Shown here: positions 48,843 to 58,027 of the stretch, piece after piece | Layout of the letters: every line of letters starts with the position of its first letter | How positions within the stretch are numbered: the first letter of the stretch is position 1 | Origin: Polyangiales bacterium | GTDB taxonomy: Bacteria > Myxococcota_A > Polyangia > Polyangiales > Ga0077539 | Reading direction: 5' to 3' | Length of the DNA: 64,000 nucleotides | Assembly: GCA_044229975.1 (NCBI GenBank) | Contig: JBGARZ010000001.1 | Coordinates: 1-64,000 of the forward strand | The notes under the pieces: model-generated | The model's input: the letters and a program-made list of their open reading frames with translations, nothing else | The model's database searches: none | Told to the model about the DNA's origin: nothing | Made by a program: the position numbers and the translations under genes

Positions 48843-50506
48843 CGTGTTCCTCCGTCGGCGCGCAGGGTGTCGGCATCGCCCGCGGGAGACAAGGGCTCTC
48901 GCGCCATGGCCTCCATCCGCCCGGTCACCGAGCCGTCGATCCAGCGCGCGTAGCGATCCCGCGGTTGGGGGCCGCAGGTGAGGTAGGTCTCGTAGTACCG
49001 ACGGGCGCACGACCGATCACCGCGGCGCCGCGCGAGGTCGCCCAGCACCACCAGCGCCCGCGCGCACCGCGAGCCCTCCACGTCGAGGCACTCCCGCGCC
49101 GCCGTCATCGCATCGTCGAAGCGCCCCTCGCGCTCGGCCAGCGTCGCCCTCCACAGCGCGACGTCTTCCAGCGCAGCGCCGTCACGCTCGGCGCGATCGA
49201 GCTCCACGCGCGGGTCGGCCAGTCCCGACGCCGAGAGCGCCTCCACCAGCCAGATGCGCGTGTCCGGGTCGGGCTCCTCCTCCAGCGCCGCGAGAAACTG
49301 CTCCGCCGCGCCGCTCGCATCGCCCTGCACCAGCCGCGCGACCCCGAATGACTCCCTCGCCACCGGCGCGCCCTCCGACGCAACGGACGCGCGCAGGTAC
49401 CAGCGCTCGGCGGTCATGTCGTCGCCGCGCTCCAGCGCGAGGTCGCCGCGCGCGAGCGACACGAAGAGGGGATCATCCTCGGCGGCCCGGCGGGCGATGT
49501 CGGCCTCCAGGGCGGCGAGGGTCTGCTCGGCCTCGGCCGCGCGCCCCATGCGACGCAGCGCGCTGGTGATGTTGACCCGGTAGAACGCCGCACACGGGTC
49601 GAGCGTCGCCGCCGCGCGGTAGTCCTCCAGGGCGCCCGAGAGGTCGAGGTCGCGCTCCCGCTCGACGCCGCGGTTGTTGCGCAGGTCGGGGTCGGTGGGT
49701 GCCCAGGTCATCGCGGCGTCGAGCCACGCCCGGCGCGCGTGCAGCCCTTCGAGAATGCCCACGACCGACACCACCTGACCGACCAGCTCGCGTGCGTCGA
49801 GCGGTCGCTCGTAGAGCCCTTCGCGCGGCCGACACAGCGGCAGCACCGGCTCGGGCAAGGGCGGTGCGCCGTCGCGCGTGAGGTCGACGTCCCAGCGCGG
49901 CCCCGGCCCCATGAAGCGCACGTAGATGTGCTGCCGCCGCAGAACGCCCGCGAGAGGAATGTCGAGCCGTCGACCGAGCGCGAGCAGCAGCACCGAGAGC
50001 CCCTCGCAGTAGCCGCGCTTGCGCTCGATGACGGTGTCGATGAGGTCGTTGTCGGGGTCGTTGTAGAGGCCGTTGGGGTCGCTCACGGCTTCGAAGCGCC
50101 AGACGTGAAACACATGGCGCACCAGCGTTCGCAGGCGGCAGCGCGCGTCGCACGAGCGTGGGAGGGCGACGCGCACCTCGGCGGCCATGGCGTCGAGCTG
50201 ACGCAGCACCGCGGCGACGTCGACGTCGGGGTCGCGGGCCCGGGACATCCAGGCGCTCACCTCGCCGAGATCGATGTCGGCGGCGGGGCGCGCGACGAGG
50301 GCGCGGATGTGTTCGTACGAAGGGTCGCCGTCGAGGGAGGGGCGCGGCGGCTCGGCGTCGGGGCACCGCGGAACGGGGTCGCAGGTCTCGGGGGGTGTCG
50401 CGACGATGCGGGGGGCGTCGATGGCAGCGGGGCGCGAGGGCGCCGGGTGGCACGCGACGAGGGCCACCAGGGCGAACAAGAGCATCGGGAGCCAGGAGCG
50501 CGGCAT
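48839..50506 (-). CDS. Transglutaminase-like (SirB1-type) + TPR lipoprotein
   Basis: Lipobox LVAC; DTVIERKRGYC.GLS.L...LGRRL, HIYVR; TPRs. Confidence 0.78.
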   Translation of the reverse strand: MPRSWLPMLLFALVALVACHPAPSRPAAIDAPRIVATPPETCDPVPRCPDAEPPRPSLDGDPSYEHIRALVARPAADIDLGEVSAWMSRARDPDVDVAAVLRQLDAMAAEVRVALPRSCDARCRLRTLVRHVFHVWRFEAVSDPNGLYNDPDNDLIDTVIERKRGYCEGLSVLLLALGRRLDIPLAGVLRRQHIYVRFMGPGPRWDVDLTRDGAPPLPEPVLPLCRPREGLYERPLDARELVGQVVSVVGILEGLHARRAWLDAAMTWAPTDPDLRNNRGVERERDLDLSGALEDYRAAATLDPCAAFYRVNITSALRRMGRAAEAEQTLAALEADIARRAAEDDPLFVSLARGDLALERGDDMTAERWYLRASVASEGAPVARESFGVARLVQGDASGAAEQFLAALEEEPDPDTRIWLVEALSASGLADPRVELDRAERDGAALEDVALWRATLAEREGRFDDAMTAARECLDVEGSRCARALVVLGDLARRRGDRSCARRYYETYLTCGPQPRDRYARWIDGSVTGRMEAMAREPLSPAGDADTLRADGGTR

Positions 50507-50652
50507 CGGGCGACGGGAGAGCGTGCACCATCCTACACACGCGCCCCAACTTCACTCGGGCGATCAGGTCCTGACCCGTGACAGCCGATACGCACTGTGG
50601 GTCACCCCGAGTGACTGCGTGTGGAAGGAGACCCGTGCGTCGAGGACTCGTG

Positions 50653-51020
50653 ATGGCACTCGTAGGGCCGTGGATCGCCGTCGCTGGCGCAGGGATGTTT
50701 GCGTTGCAGCGCCATGCCGCCATCGCCGGGTCCGATCGTGCCGAGCTCGACCGTTGGCCCGCGGGGAGTTCCCTCCGGCGGTCCCCCGGCCGAGGCGACG
50801 CTGGTCTGCTTCGTTCACCCGCGCTGGCCCTGGCCCCCGGACGTCGATGCGCGATCTGGAGCGGGTGATCTCCCGACGCCCGGGCGCCACGTCGGTGCAG
50901 GGGGTCTTCCGCGAGGACGCGGACGATCCGGCGGAGTCGGCGACCTGGACGATGCCGGAGAGGGCCAGAGCGGCGCTCGCGGCGGCGTCTGGCTGCGGGA
51001 TGGGACCGGTCGCGCGATGA
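50653..51020 (+). pseudogene. Frameshifted RedB-like thioredoxin-fold gene
   Basis: Three frames join into ..WPAGSSLRRSPG / TLVCFVHPR / RTSMRDLERVI..; HPxCPC replaced by HPRWPW. Confidence 0.6.
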
Positions 51021-51200
51021 CCAGCCCCTCCGTCGATGAGCGCGCGACGCAGCTCTACGCCGAGCACCGCGACCGGGTGATGACGGCGACCGACCGCACC
51101 TTCGCGGCGCGGCTCCCGGGGGGCGCAGTGGTTCGGCGTGATGGTGTTCGCGATGGTGCTCACCGACACCGGCGGCAACCGGGTGGTGCGCTACGCGGGC
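51017..51200 (+). pseudogene. Truncated RedC-like sensor kinase N-terminus
   Basis: ATGA-coupled MTSPSVDERATQLYAEHRDRVMTATDRTFA, frameshift, then QWFGVMVFAMVLT; no kinase domain follows. Confidence 0.55.
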
Positions 51201-51208
51201 CCGACGCC

Positions 51209-52216
51209 CTAACGCGGGTCGGCGCAGCAGCGGAAGCCGGTGGAGTAGTCGCGGTAGTCGAAGTTGTGAGCGGTGGTTGTGTAGAGGCAGCCGTGGCCGT
51301 TGATCTCGGCGTCGACGTAGAAGCCGCCCTTGAAGGTGCCGGCGGTGTCGTTGATCCACTCGTGGAGATTGCCGACCATGTCGGCGAGGCCGTAGGGCGA
51401 GAGGCACTCGGAGAAGGCGCCGCTCGGAGCGAGAGAGTCGGGCTGCTGGTTGATGCCTGGGTTGTTCATGCGCTCGGACGTGAACACCCCCACGGACGTC
51501 CCGTAGAACTGCACCACCGGGTGGGGGGTGCGGGCTTCGTTGCAGCGCCGACGGACGTACGTGTTGCCGTAGGGGTAGATCAGGTTGGCGGGGCCGCGGC
51601 ACCCGGCGACCCAGTCGGCGAGGGCGCACAGCCGCTTGCCCGCGTTGACGCAGGCGGCCCTCGCTTGTGAACCCGAGATGTACCCTTGCGGGACTTCGCC
51701 CTCGGCGGAGAGGGCGCTCACCCATCGGGTTCCGGGGTTGAGGTACGGCGACCAGGCGGAGACGCCGCCGTCCATGTCGCGCGCCTCGAGGTGGGCCTCC
51801 CAGCGATCGATGCAGACGCGTCCCTGCACGAGGGCCATCTCCGCGGGGCACCCGCCGTCGAGCACGGGAGCTCGATCGGCTGGGACATCGCGAGCCACGA
51901 CATCGGGGCGATCGGCCATCGCGTCGCGGGCGCCGGCGTCGAGCGGACGGTCGCGCGGAACATCGGCCGCGGCGTCGACGCGGGCATCGCGGGAGGCGTC
52001 GGCGGAGGCGTCGGGGCGGTCGACGAGCGGGGGGACGTCATCGTCGACGATGGCATCAGAGGTGGCGGTGACGTCGGGTTGATCGTCGAGCGCGGGCTGG
52101 TCTTCGATGGTGGCTTCGGGGGAGGCGTCGTCGAGGTCGGTGGTGTCGTCGATGGTCTGGCCGCAGCCAACGGTGACGACGAGTGCGATCGCTCCAAGCA
52201 CGGTGCGGTGGATCAT
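51209..52216 (-). CDS. SUMF1/FGE-sulfatase-domain lipoprotein
   Basis: CPAEM, CIDRWE, AC..AGKRLC, YPYG, DMVGNLHEW, GFRCC. Confidence 0.88.
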   Translation of the reverse strand: MIHRTVLGAIALVVTVGCGQTIDDTTDLDDASPEATIEDQPALDDQPDVTATSDAIVDDDVPPLVDRPDASADASRDARVDAAADVPRDRPLDAGARDAMADRPDVVARDVPADRAPVLDGGCPAEMALVQGRVCIDRWEAHLEARDMDGGVSAWSPYLNPGTRWVSALSAEGEVPQGYISGSQARAACVNAGKRLCALADWVAGCRGPANLIYPYGNTYVRRRCNEARTPHPVVQFYGTSVGVFTSERMNNPGINQQPDSLAPSGAFSECLSPYGLADMVGNLHEWINDTAGTFKGGFYVDAEINGHGCLYTTTAHNFDYRDYSTGFRCCADPR

Positions 52217-52465
52217 TGGGCTCTCAGGCTCCGGGGTTGTCACGCCGACGCGGGTGACGGCGCGCTTCTCGCGCCTGGGCGGGGCCGGGGTTGCGCGTCG
52301 CCCGCGTCACATCCCCTCCAGCGAATCGCCGGTAGCTCATGGTGTCGACGCTATCGCCGTGGGAGCGGGCAACGTCAACGGACGCCCTCGACGGGTGTGC
52401 CTTCGGACTCGTGGGCGGTGCCCCGGACGGCGGGGACCAAGGACAACGAGGTGACGAAACCGCTG

Positions 52466-52539
52466 TGCGCCCGGCGCGAATCGAACGCGCAACCTACGGC
52501 TTAGAAGGCCGCCGCTCTATCCGATTGAGCTACGGGCAC
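52466..52539 (-). tRNA. tRNA-Arg(TCT)
   Basis: GTGCCCGTAGCTCAATCGGATAGAGC GCGGC CT TCT AA GCCGT..GTTCGATTC. Confidence 0.93.
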
Positions 52540-52553
52540 GGAAGGATGAAGGG

Positions 52554-52627
52554 TCGGAGTGGAGGGATTCGAACCCACGACATCTAGCTCCCAAAGCTAG
52601 TGCACTACCAGGCTGTGCTACACTCCG
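52554..52627 (-). tRNA. tRNA-Pro(TGG)
   Basis: CGGAGTGTAGCACAGCCTGGTAGTGCA CTAGC TT TGG GA GCTAG..GGTTCGAATCC. Confidence 0.93.
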
Positions 52628-52750
52628 CGGCCGTCGACCGACGGGCGACCCTACCACGCCGCCTCGGGGTACGCGCACCGAGCCCGTGATTTTTTCTGGT
52701 ATCCCCTGGTGACATCATCCCGAACCTGGGGTACAAGCCGTCTCCCGTTT

Positions 52751-52824
52751 GGTGGCCGTAGCTCAGCTGGTAGAGCATCGGATTGTGGCTCCGATGGTCG
52801 CGGGTTCAATCCCCGTCGGTCACC
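52751..52824 (+). tRNA. tRNA-His(GTG)
   Basis: G-1 then GTGGCCGTAGCTCAG..TCGGA TT GTG GC TCCGA..; C73; promoter GTGACA-17-TACAAG at 52709-52737. Confidence 0.93.
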
Positions 52825-52841
52825 CCCAGAAGTCTCCTCCT

Positions 52842-52914
52842 GCGCCCGTAGCTCAATGGATAGAGCATCGGACTTCGGATCCGAGGGTTAGAGGTTCGAC
52901 CCCTCTCGGGCGCG
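52842..52914 (+). tRNA. tRNA-Arg(TCG)
   Basis: GCGCCCGTAGCTCAATGGATAGAGCA TCGGA CT TCG GA TCCGA..GGTTCGAC. Confidence 0.92.
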
Positions 52915-52980
52915 CCGCCAACATCGGCGCCGTATTTGTTGACAGCATTCTTAGCCTACGATAGACGCTGTTTCCGCTTC

Positions 52981-53056
52981 GCGACATTAGCTCAATTGGT
53001 AGAGCAGTGGACTCTTAATCCATTGGCTCTCGGTTCAAGTCCGAGATGTCGCACCA
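52981..53056 (+). tRNA. tRNA-Lys(CTT)
   Basis: GTGGA CT CTT AA TCCAT; encoded CCA; own TTGACA-17-TAGACG at 52939-52967. Confidence 0.93.
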
Positions 53057-53062
53057 ACGAAG

Positions 53063-53085
53063 AAGGCCCCTCTCGGGGCCTTTTT
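53063..53085 (+). terminator. Intrinsic terminator after the tRNA cluster
   Basis: AAGGCCCC-TCTC-GGGGCCTT followed by TTT. Confidence 0.8.
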
Positions 53086-53140
53086 CATGTCCGATGAAAC
53101 CTTCGACGGCGCAGCCCCGAGAGGCCCGTGCCCCGACGGT

Positions 53141-55720
53141 CTACTGTTCTTCTTCTTCGTCGCTGGTGTTGAAGACGAAGTTCGACTCGTAGTCCTCATC
53201 CGTAAACGGAGGAATCGGGTTGGCGCGCAGGAGGTTCTCCAGGCACTGCCCGACCGGCGGCTGGGCAAACGCTCCGTTGATACGCACCTCGCTCGGGCGC
53301 CCCGTCGAGCCCGCGTAGACCACCGACACCCGAACGTGTCGACTGCCGGTCGTACCCACGCACTGCCGCACGCTCGGCTCGAGCACCTCTTCGAGTCGCG
53401 TCATGTCGCGACGACGAGGGTGCGCACGCGGGGGGTCGTTGGTCGCGCCGAAGACCTCGACGTTCCAGGGAGCCGCGGGGTTGGCCGTCGGCGTCGAGGC
53501 ATCGACGGTCACGTTGAGGCGCGCGAGCGGAGGGACATCACTCGCGATCGCCGCGACATCGGCGGCCGGGACCACCACGGCGTCGACGGACACCGCGTCG
53601 AGGGCAGCAGCCCCGGCATCGCGCACGATCGGCGCGGAGGCGTCGGGCGCAGTCGCGACGACCGGCGCCGGGACGATGGGCGCAGGCACCAGCACCGCAG
53701 GGACGTTTCGCGGTGGCTCAGGGCGGTTCATTCGCGCGAGGTAGATCTGTCCACCCGTCACGATGGCGGCCGCCGCGATGATGGACGCGCCGAGGATCTT
53801 CACCTTCGCGAGGTTTGCGGGAGGCGGCTCGACCGGAGGCGGGGCAACGAACGATGGGCCCTCGGGCGGCCGCGCGCTGGCGAAGCGGGCGTGGTCCGGC
53901 GGAGCGAACGACGGAGCGATCGGCGGCGGGATGGAGACCGGGTCGAGCACCGGCTCCGGCGACACCGGCGCAAACACCGGGACCTGCTCGAAAGACACCG
54001 GCGGCACGTACGCCTGCGGCGCGACGACAGGGTTGTCGGGCGGAATCACGAACACCGGCATCGAAGGCTCCGGGTCGCGCTCGGGCTCCGGCTCAGGTTC
54101 GGGCTCGATCTCCACCTCGGGGTCGGGGGACGGCTCAGGCGGACGCACGCTCACCTTCGGCAGCGACGGCATCGACGCCGGCCGCGCCGGCACCTCAGGA
54201 GCGGCTGGGATCTCCCAGCTATCGGCCTCGTCATCGACCAGCGAGGCGGGGATCTCCGCGTCCATCTCGAAGGTGACCTCCGTCGACGGCGACGGTGGCT
54301 CGGGGGCAGGCGGCGGAGCGCTGCCGCGGAGGATGGTCGGCGAGCGAGATGGCACCCGCGGGATGGGCGGCGGGGGCGCCGAGGTCACGCGGGGAAGCGG
54401 GCGGCCACTGATGGGAGTTCCTGGGGGGGCGAGCGGGATGTCGAGCCCTTCGATGTCCGCGATGTTGAAGAGGTCGTTGCGCGCCCCCGGCTCGGACGGG
54501 CCCGGCCTGTTGGAAGGCGACGCGGGCGGCAGGCGCGCGGGCGGAAAGGTCGGCCGCTCGGTCTCGTCGACGACGCGCTCGGTGCCCGGCGGGTGGATGC
54601 GCGGAACCTCCACCTTCTGCGTCGGCATCTGCGGTCGTCCGCCCACCATCTTCGGCCTCGCCGGGTTGGCGGCGATGGTCGCCTCCAACGCCGCACGCTC
54701 AGGGTCGACGGCCTTCGCGCGAGGCGCCATCCCCGGCGGCCGCGACGAGTTGCCCGCGCCGAGGATGGTCGACTTCATCACGTCGAGCTCGACGGGCGTC
54801 AGCACGGGCGTTCCGGCCGGCGGCGACCCCAGCACCGGCGCGACCCGCGGCGCCGGCGCCCTCGCCGCGACCCCCATCGCCGTCGAGAGCGCGTCGGCCA
54901 TCGCCGTCGCCGTCGCGAAGGTCTTCGACGCCTCGGCCGACCACGCCCGCGTGAGCACGGCGTCGACCGCCTTCGGCACCTCCGGGCGCAGCGCGTTGGC
55001 CGACGGCCGCACGCCCCGCAGGATGGCCGCCGACAAGCTCGCCTCGGTGGCGCCCTGAAACGCCGGGCGCCCCGTCAGGCACTCGAAGGCCACCGAGGCC
55101 AGCGCGAACACGTCGCCGCGCGGCGACGGCCGCTGGAGCAGCTCGTCGGGGGAGAGATACTGCCGCGCCTGGAGCGGAACCCGCGCGCTCACGAGCCCCG
55201 CCTCGACCAGCGCCTGCGCGAGCCCGCACTCCTCGACGCGTACGTCCCGCTCCGGGCCGACCAGGGTGATGGTGTCGGGCGAGAGACGCCGATGCAGCAC
55301 CGGAGGAGAGGCAGCGTGCAGTGCGTCGAGCACGCCCGCGACGACGTGGACGACGCGCACACACTCGGCCGTGTCGAGCGAGCCCGCTGCGTCGAGGGTC
55401 ATCCGCAGCGAGGTCGCGCCCTCGGTGGCCGTGGTGGTCACCACGAGCAGACCCACGGGGTCGTCGATGACGTCGACGAGAGACGGAATCGCCGCCAGCT
55501 GCAGGCGCTGGATGCGGTCGAGCTCGCGGCGCACCACCCGCAGCGCGTCGTTGGACGCGACCAGCGTGAAGCGGCGCACCTCGAAGCGCTCGCGCCCGCT
55601 GCCTTCACGGCGCGCGCGGTAGACCTCGGTCATCACCCCGTTTCGCAGGTGGCGCTCGATCACGCACTGGCCGCCGACGGTCGTATCCACGGGGAGAGTC
55701 TGGTTGCTGGTGGCGGCCAT
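53141..55720 (-). CDS. Transmembrane pseudokinase with Pro-rich linker and TonB-C/AgmX-like periplasmic domain
   Basis: Kinase fold with degenerate motifs (EVRR, HRRLSPDT, ECG, YLSPDE); TM ILGASIIAAAAIV; C-terminal Cys pair. Confidence 0.8.
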   Translation of the reverse strand: MAATSNQTLPVDTTVGGQCVIERHLRNGVMTEVYRARREGSGRERFEVRRFTLVASNDALRVVRRELDRIQRLQLAAIPSLVDVIDDPVGLLVVTTTATEGATSLRMTLDAAGSLDTAECVRVVHVVAGVLDALHAASPPVLHRRLSPDTITLVGPERDVRVEECGLAQALVEAGLVSARVPLQARQYLSPDELLQRPSPRGDVFALASVAFECLTGRPAFQGATEASLSAAILRGVRPSANALRPEVPKAVDAVLTRAWSAEASKTFATATAMADALSTAMGVAARAPAPRVAPVLGSPPAGTPVLTPVELDVMKSTILGAGNSSRPPGMAPRAKAVDPERAALEATIAANPARPKMVGGRPQMPTQKVEVPRIHPPGTERVVDETERPTFPPARLPPASPSNRPGPSEPGARNDLFNIADIEGLDIPLAPPGTPISGRPLPRVTSAPPPPIPRVPSRSPTILRGSAPPPAPEPPSPSTEVTFEMDAEIPASLVDDEADSWEIPAAPEVPARPASMPSLPKVSVRPPEPSPDPEVEIEPEPEPEPERDPEPSMPVFVIPPDNPVVAPQAYVPPVSFEQVPVFAPVSPEPVLDPVSIPPPIAPSFAPPDHARFASARPPEGPSFVAPPPVEPPPANLAKVKILGASIIAAAAIVTGGQIYLARMNRPEPPRNVPAVLVPAPIVPAPVVATAPDASAPIVRDAGAAALDAVSVDAVVVPAADVAAIASDVPPLARLNVTVDASTPTANPAAPWNVEVFGATNDPPRAHPRRRDMTRLEEVLEPSVRQCVGTTGSRHVRVSVVYAGSTGRPSEVRINGAFAQPPVGQCLENLLRANPIPPFTDEDYESNFVFNTSDEEEEQ

Positions 55721-55772
55721 CGTCGATTCGACGAAGTATCGCCGCCCTGCGCAGCCGACGCCAGAAGCAGGC

Positions 55773-56384
55773 TCAGAGCGAGGCGAGGTACGCGCGCAGC
55801 CGCGGGAGCATCACCCGCAACGCCGCACCACGGTGCGACAGCGCGTGCTTCGCCGACGATGGGAGCTCCGCCATCGTGCGCGTCTCTCCGTCCGGGACGA
55901 ACAGCGAGTCGTACCCGAAGCCCCCTTCCCCTCGCGGCGCGCGCGTGATGGCGCCCGCGCACTCTCCCTCCTCGTAGAGCACCTCCGCGCCGAGTGCGCC
56001 CGCCGAGTCGGCCAACGCGAGCACGCACCGAAACCTCGCCGTGCGAAGCGCGTCGGGCACATCCACGAGGCGTTGGAGCAGCAGCACGCGGTTGCCTTCG
56101 TCGTCGCCGTGGCGGCCCGCGAAGCGCGCGGAGAAGACCCCGGGCGCTCCGTCGAGCGCGTCGACGCAGAGCCCCGAGTCGTCGGCGAGGCAGGGCAATC
56201 CCGTGCGGCGCGCGGCCTCGGTCGCCTTCTGCGCGGCGTTGCCCCGGAAGGTGTCGGCGGTCTCGGGGAGGTCGTCGATGCCGACGTCCGAGAGGCCGAT
56301 CACGCGCATCCCGGTGAGAAGCTCGCGCAGCTCGCGCAGCTTGCCCTGGTTGGCCGTCGCCAGGAGGAGCGCCCGGTCACTCAC
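55773..56384 (-). CDS. rdgB: Non-canonical purine NTP pyrophosphatase
   Basis: ATANQGKLRE, ETADTF..NA..KA, ADDSGL..DAL.GAPG..SAR, FGYD, SHRG. Confidence 0.95.
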   Translation of the reverse strand: MSDRALLLATANQGKLRELRELLTGMRVIGLSDVGIDDLPETADTFRGNAAQKATEAARRTGLPCLADDSGLCVDALDGAPGVFSARFAGRHGDDEGNRVLLLQRLVDVPDALRTARFRCVLALADSAGALGAEVLYEEGECAGAITRAPRGEGGFGYDSLFVPDGETRTMAELPSSAKHALSHRGAALRVMLPRLRAYLASL

Positions 56385-57204
56385 GCGAAGGCACCGGGTC
56401 GCCCCGCTCCTGGAGCCCGCGCAGCAGCACCGACTCGATGGTGGGTGGCAGGCGCATCGCGCGCACGGCCGTCGCGCTGTCGGGCTGCGGGCCCGTGAAG
56501 CAGCGGCACGTCCGCATGTACTGGCGGCCGACGAGGCGCGCGAGGTTGACCATCTCTGCATCCACCGCCGGGTCGGGACGGCGACCGCGGCGCGAGCGGC
56601 GGGCGGCCGTGGGGTTGAGCGCCTCGACCGCGACGATGCGGCCGTTGGCGTAGGGGTCACCGCGGAGCAGGCGCTCCATGGTGTCTTCGGACGACAGCAC
56701 GCGATCCATGGAGGAGAGGCAGCTCCGCACCTCGCGCGCACCAGCGAGCCAGGGAGTGAAATCAAAGGGCGCCGCGGGGGCCACGCAGAACTGACCGTCG
56801 GCGCGGCGCAGGGTGTGAAGCGCGGCCGTGACGTCTTCGAGCGTGCGAAGGTCGCTCTCGGCGAGCACCCGACCGCCCGTGACCATGCGACGTCGACAGG
56901 GCGTGTACGCGCGCTCGGCCCCCGTGACGTCATCGAACTGCGCCGCCCGCAGCGTCTCATCGCAGGGGTCGCGCGGCCGACGAGGCTCCGGGGGAAGCGG
57001 GGTGAGCGGGACGGCGTTGACCACGCGCGGCGCACCGCGACGACCCGGGGCGCGGGACGACGGGCGCGCGGCCGGACGAGAGGAGGTGGTCGTGGCGGGA
57101 TGAGGCGCGGGGACCGAGGCGTCTCCGCGCGGCTGGGCGACGGCGACGGGCGCGGCCAGAAGCAGCGCACCCGCGACCCAGAGGACACCGCATCGTGGAC
57201 CCAT
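56377..57204 (-). CDS. Hypothetical secreted protein
   Basis: Signal peptide AVA|QP, several Cys, overlaps rdgB start. Confidence 0.6.
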   Translation of the reverse strand: MGPRCGVLWVAGALLLAAPVAVAQPRGDASVPAPHPATTTSSRPAARPSSRAPGRRGAPRVVNAVPLTPLPPEPRRPRDPCDETLRAAQFDDVTGAERAYTPCRRRMVTGGRVLAESDLRTLEDVTAALHTLRRADGQFCVAPAAPFDFTPWLAGAREVRSCLSSMDRVLSSEDTMERLLRGDPYANGRIVAVEALNPTAARRSRRGRRPDPAVDAEMVNLARLVGRQYMRTCRCFTGPQPDSATAVRAMRLPPTIESVLLRGLQERGDPVPSRE

Positions 57205-57277
57205 CGCTCGCAACCCGAAGGCCATAGCGCCGACGGGCGGCACCGGGCCAGCTTCTGACGCCGATTGGGGCGGTTGG

Positions 57278-58027
57278 TCAGCGAAGGAGCGCGCCCAGGT
57301 CGACGCCCGCCGCGGCGATGGCAGCGCGCTGTACGCCCACCAGCGAAGCGACGCCCGCGAGGCCCACGTCGACGAGGCCATCCACGCGTGACCGCGGCAC
57401 CGGGTCTCCCTCGGCCGTGCACTGAAGCTCCACCAGCGCGCCTGCCTCGGTCGCGACGATGTTGGCGTCCATCTCGGCGTCGCGGTCTTCCTCGTAGCAG
57501 AGGTCGAGCATCGACTCGCCGCCGACCATGCCCGCGCTGATGGCCGCCACCAGCGACACCAGCGGCTTCGCCGTCACGAGCCCCTTGCGGCGCAGTCCGT
57601 CGAGCGCCACCGCGAGCGCGACCATGGAGCCGGTGATGCTGGCGGTGCGTGTTCCGCCGTCGGCTTCGAGCACGTCGCAGTCGAGGGTGATGGTGCGCTC
57701 GCCCAGGGCGCGCGGGTCCACCGCCGCCCGCAGCGCCCGCCCGATGAGCCGCGCGATCTCCTGCGAGCGACCGGAGAGCGGGCGGCCGTTGAAGCCGTCG
57801 CGGTTCTGGCGCTTCGGGCCGGTGCGCGGGTGCATCAGGTACTCCGCCGTGACCCACCCCTTCCCCTTGCCCTTGAGGAAGTCCTTCACGCCCTCGTCCA
57901 CGCTCGCCACGCACAGCACCACCGTGCCGCCCGCGCGGTAGAGCACGCTGCCATCCGCCTGGCGCTTCCAGCCGACCTCCATGGTCACGGGCCGCAGCGC
58001 GTCGAGGGTCCTACCGTCCTTCCGCAT
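57278..58027 (-). CDS. rph: Ribonuclease PH
   Basis: MRKDGR..LRPV, GWVTAEY, GRSQEI.RLIGRALR, DCDVLEADGGTRTASITG, DLCYEED. Confidence 0.95.
   Translation of the reverse strand: MRKDGRTLDALRPVTMEVGWKRQADGSVLYRAGGTVVLCVASVDEGVKDFLKGKGKGWVTAEYLMHPRTGPKRQNRDGFNGRPLSGRSQEIARLIGRALRAAVDPRALGERTITLDCDVLEADGGTRTASITGSMVALAVALDGLRRKGLVTAKPLVSLVAAISAGMVGGESMLDLCYEEDRDAEMDANIVATEAGALVELQCTAEGDPVPRSRVDGLVDVGLAGVASLVGVQRAAIAAAGVDLGALLR

Noticed and set aside
52240..53140. Prophage or island integrated at the tRNA cluster
   Set aside because: No integrase and no duplicated tRNA 3' end seen in the window
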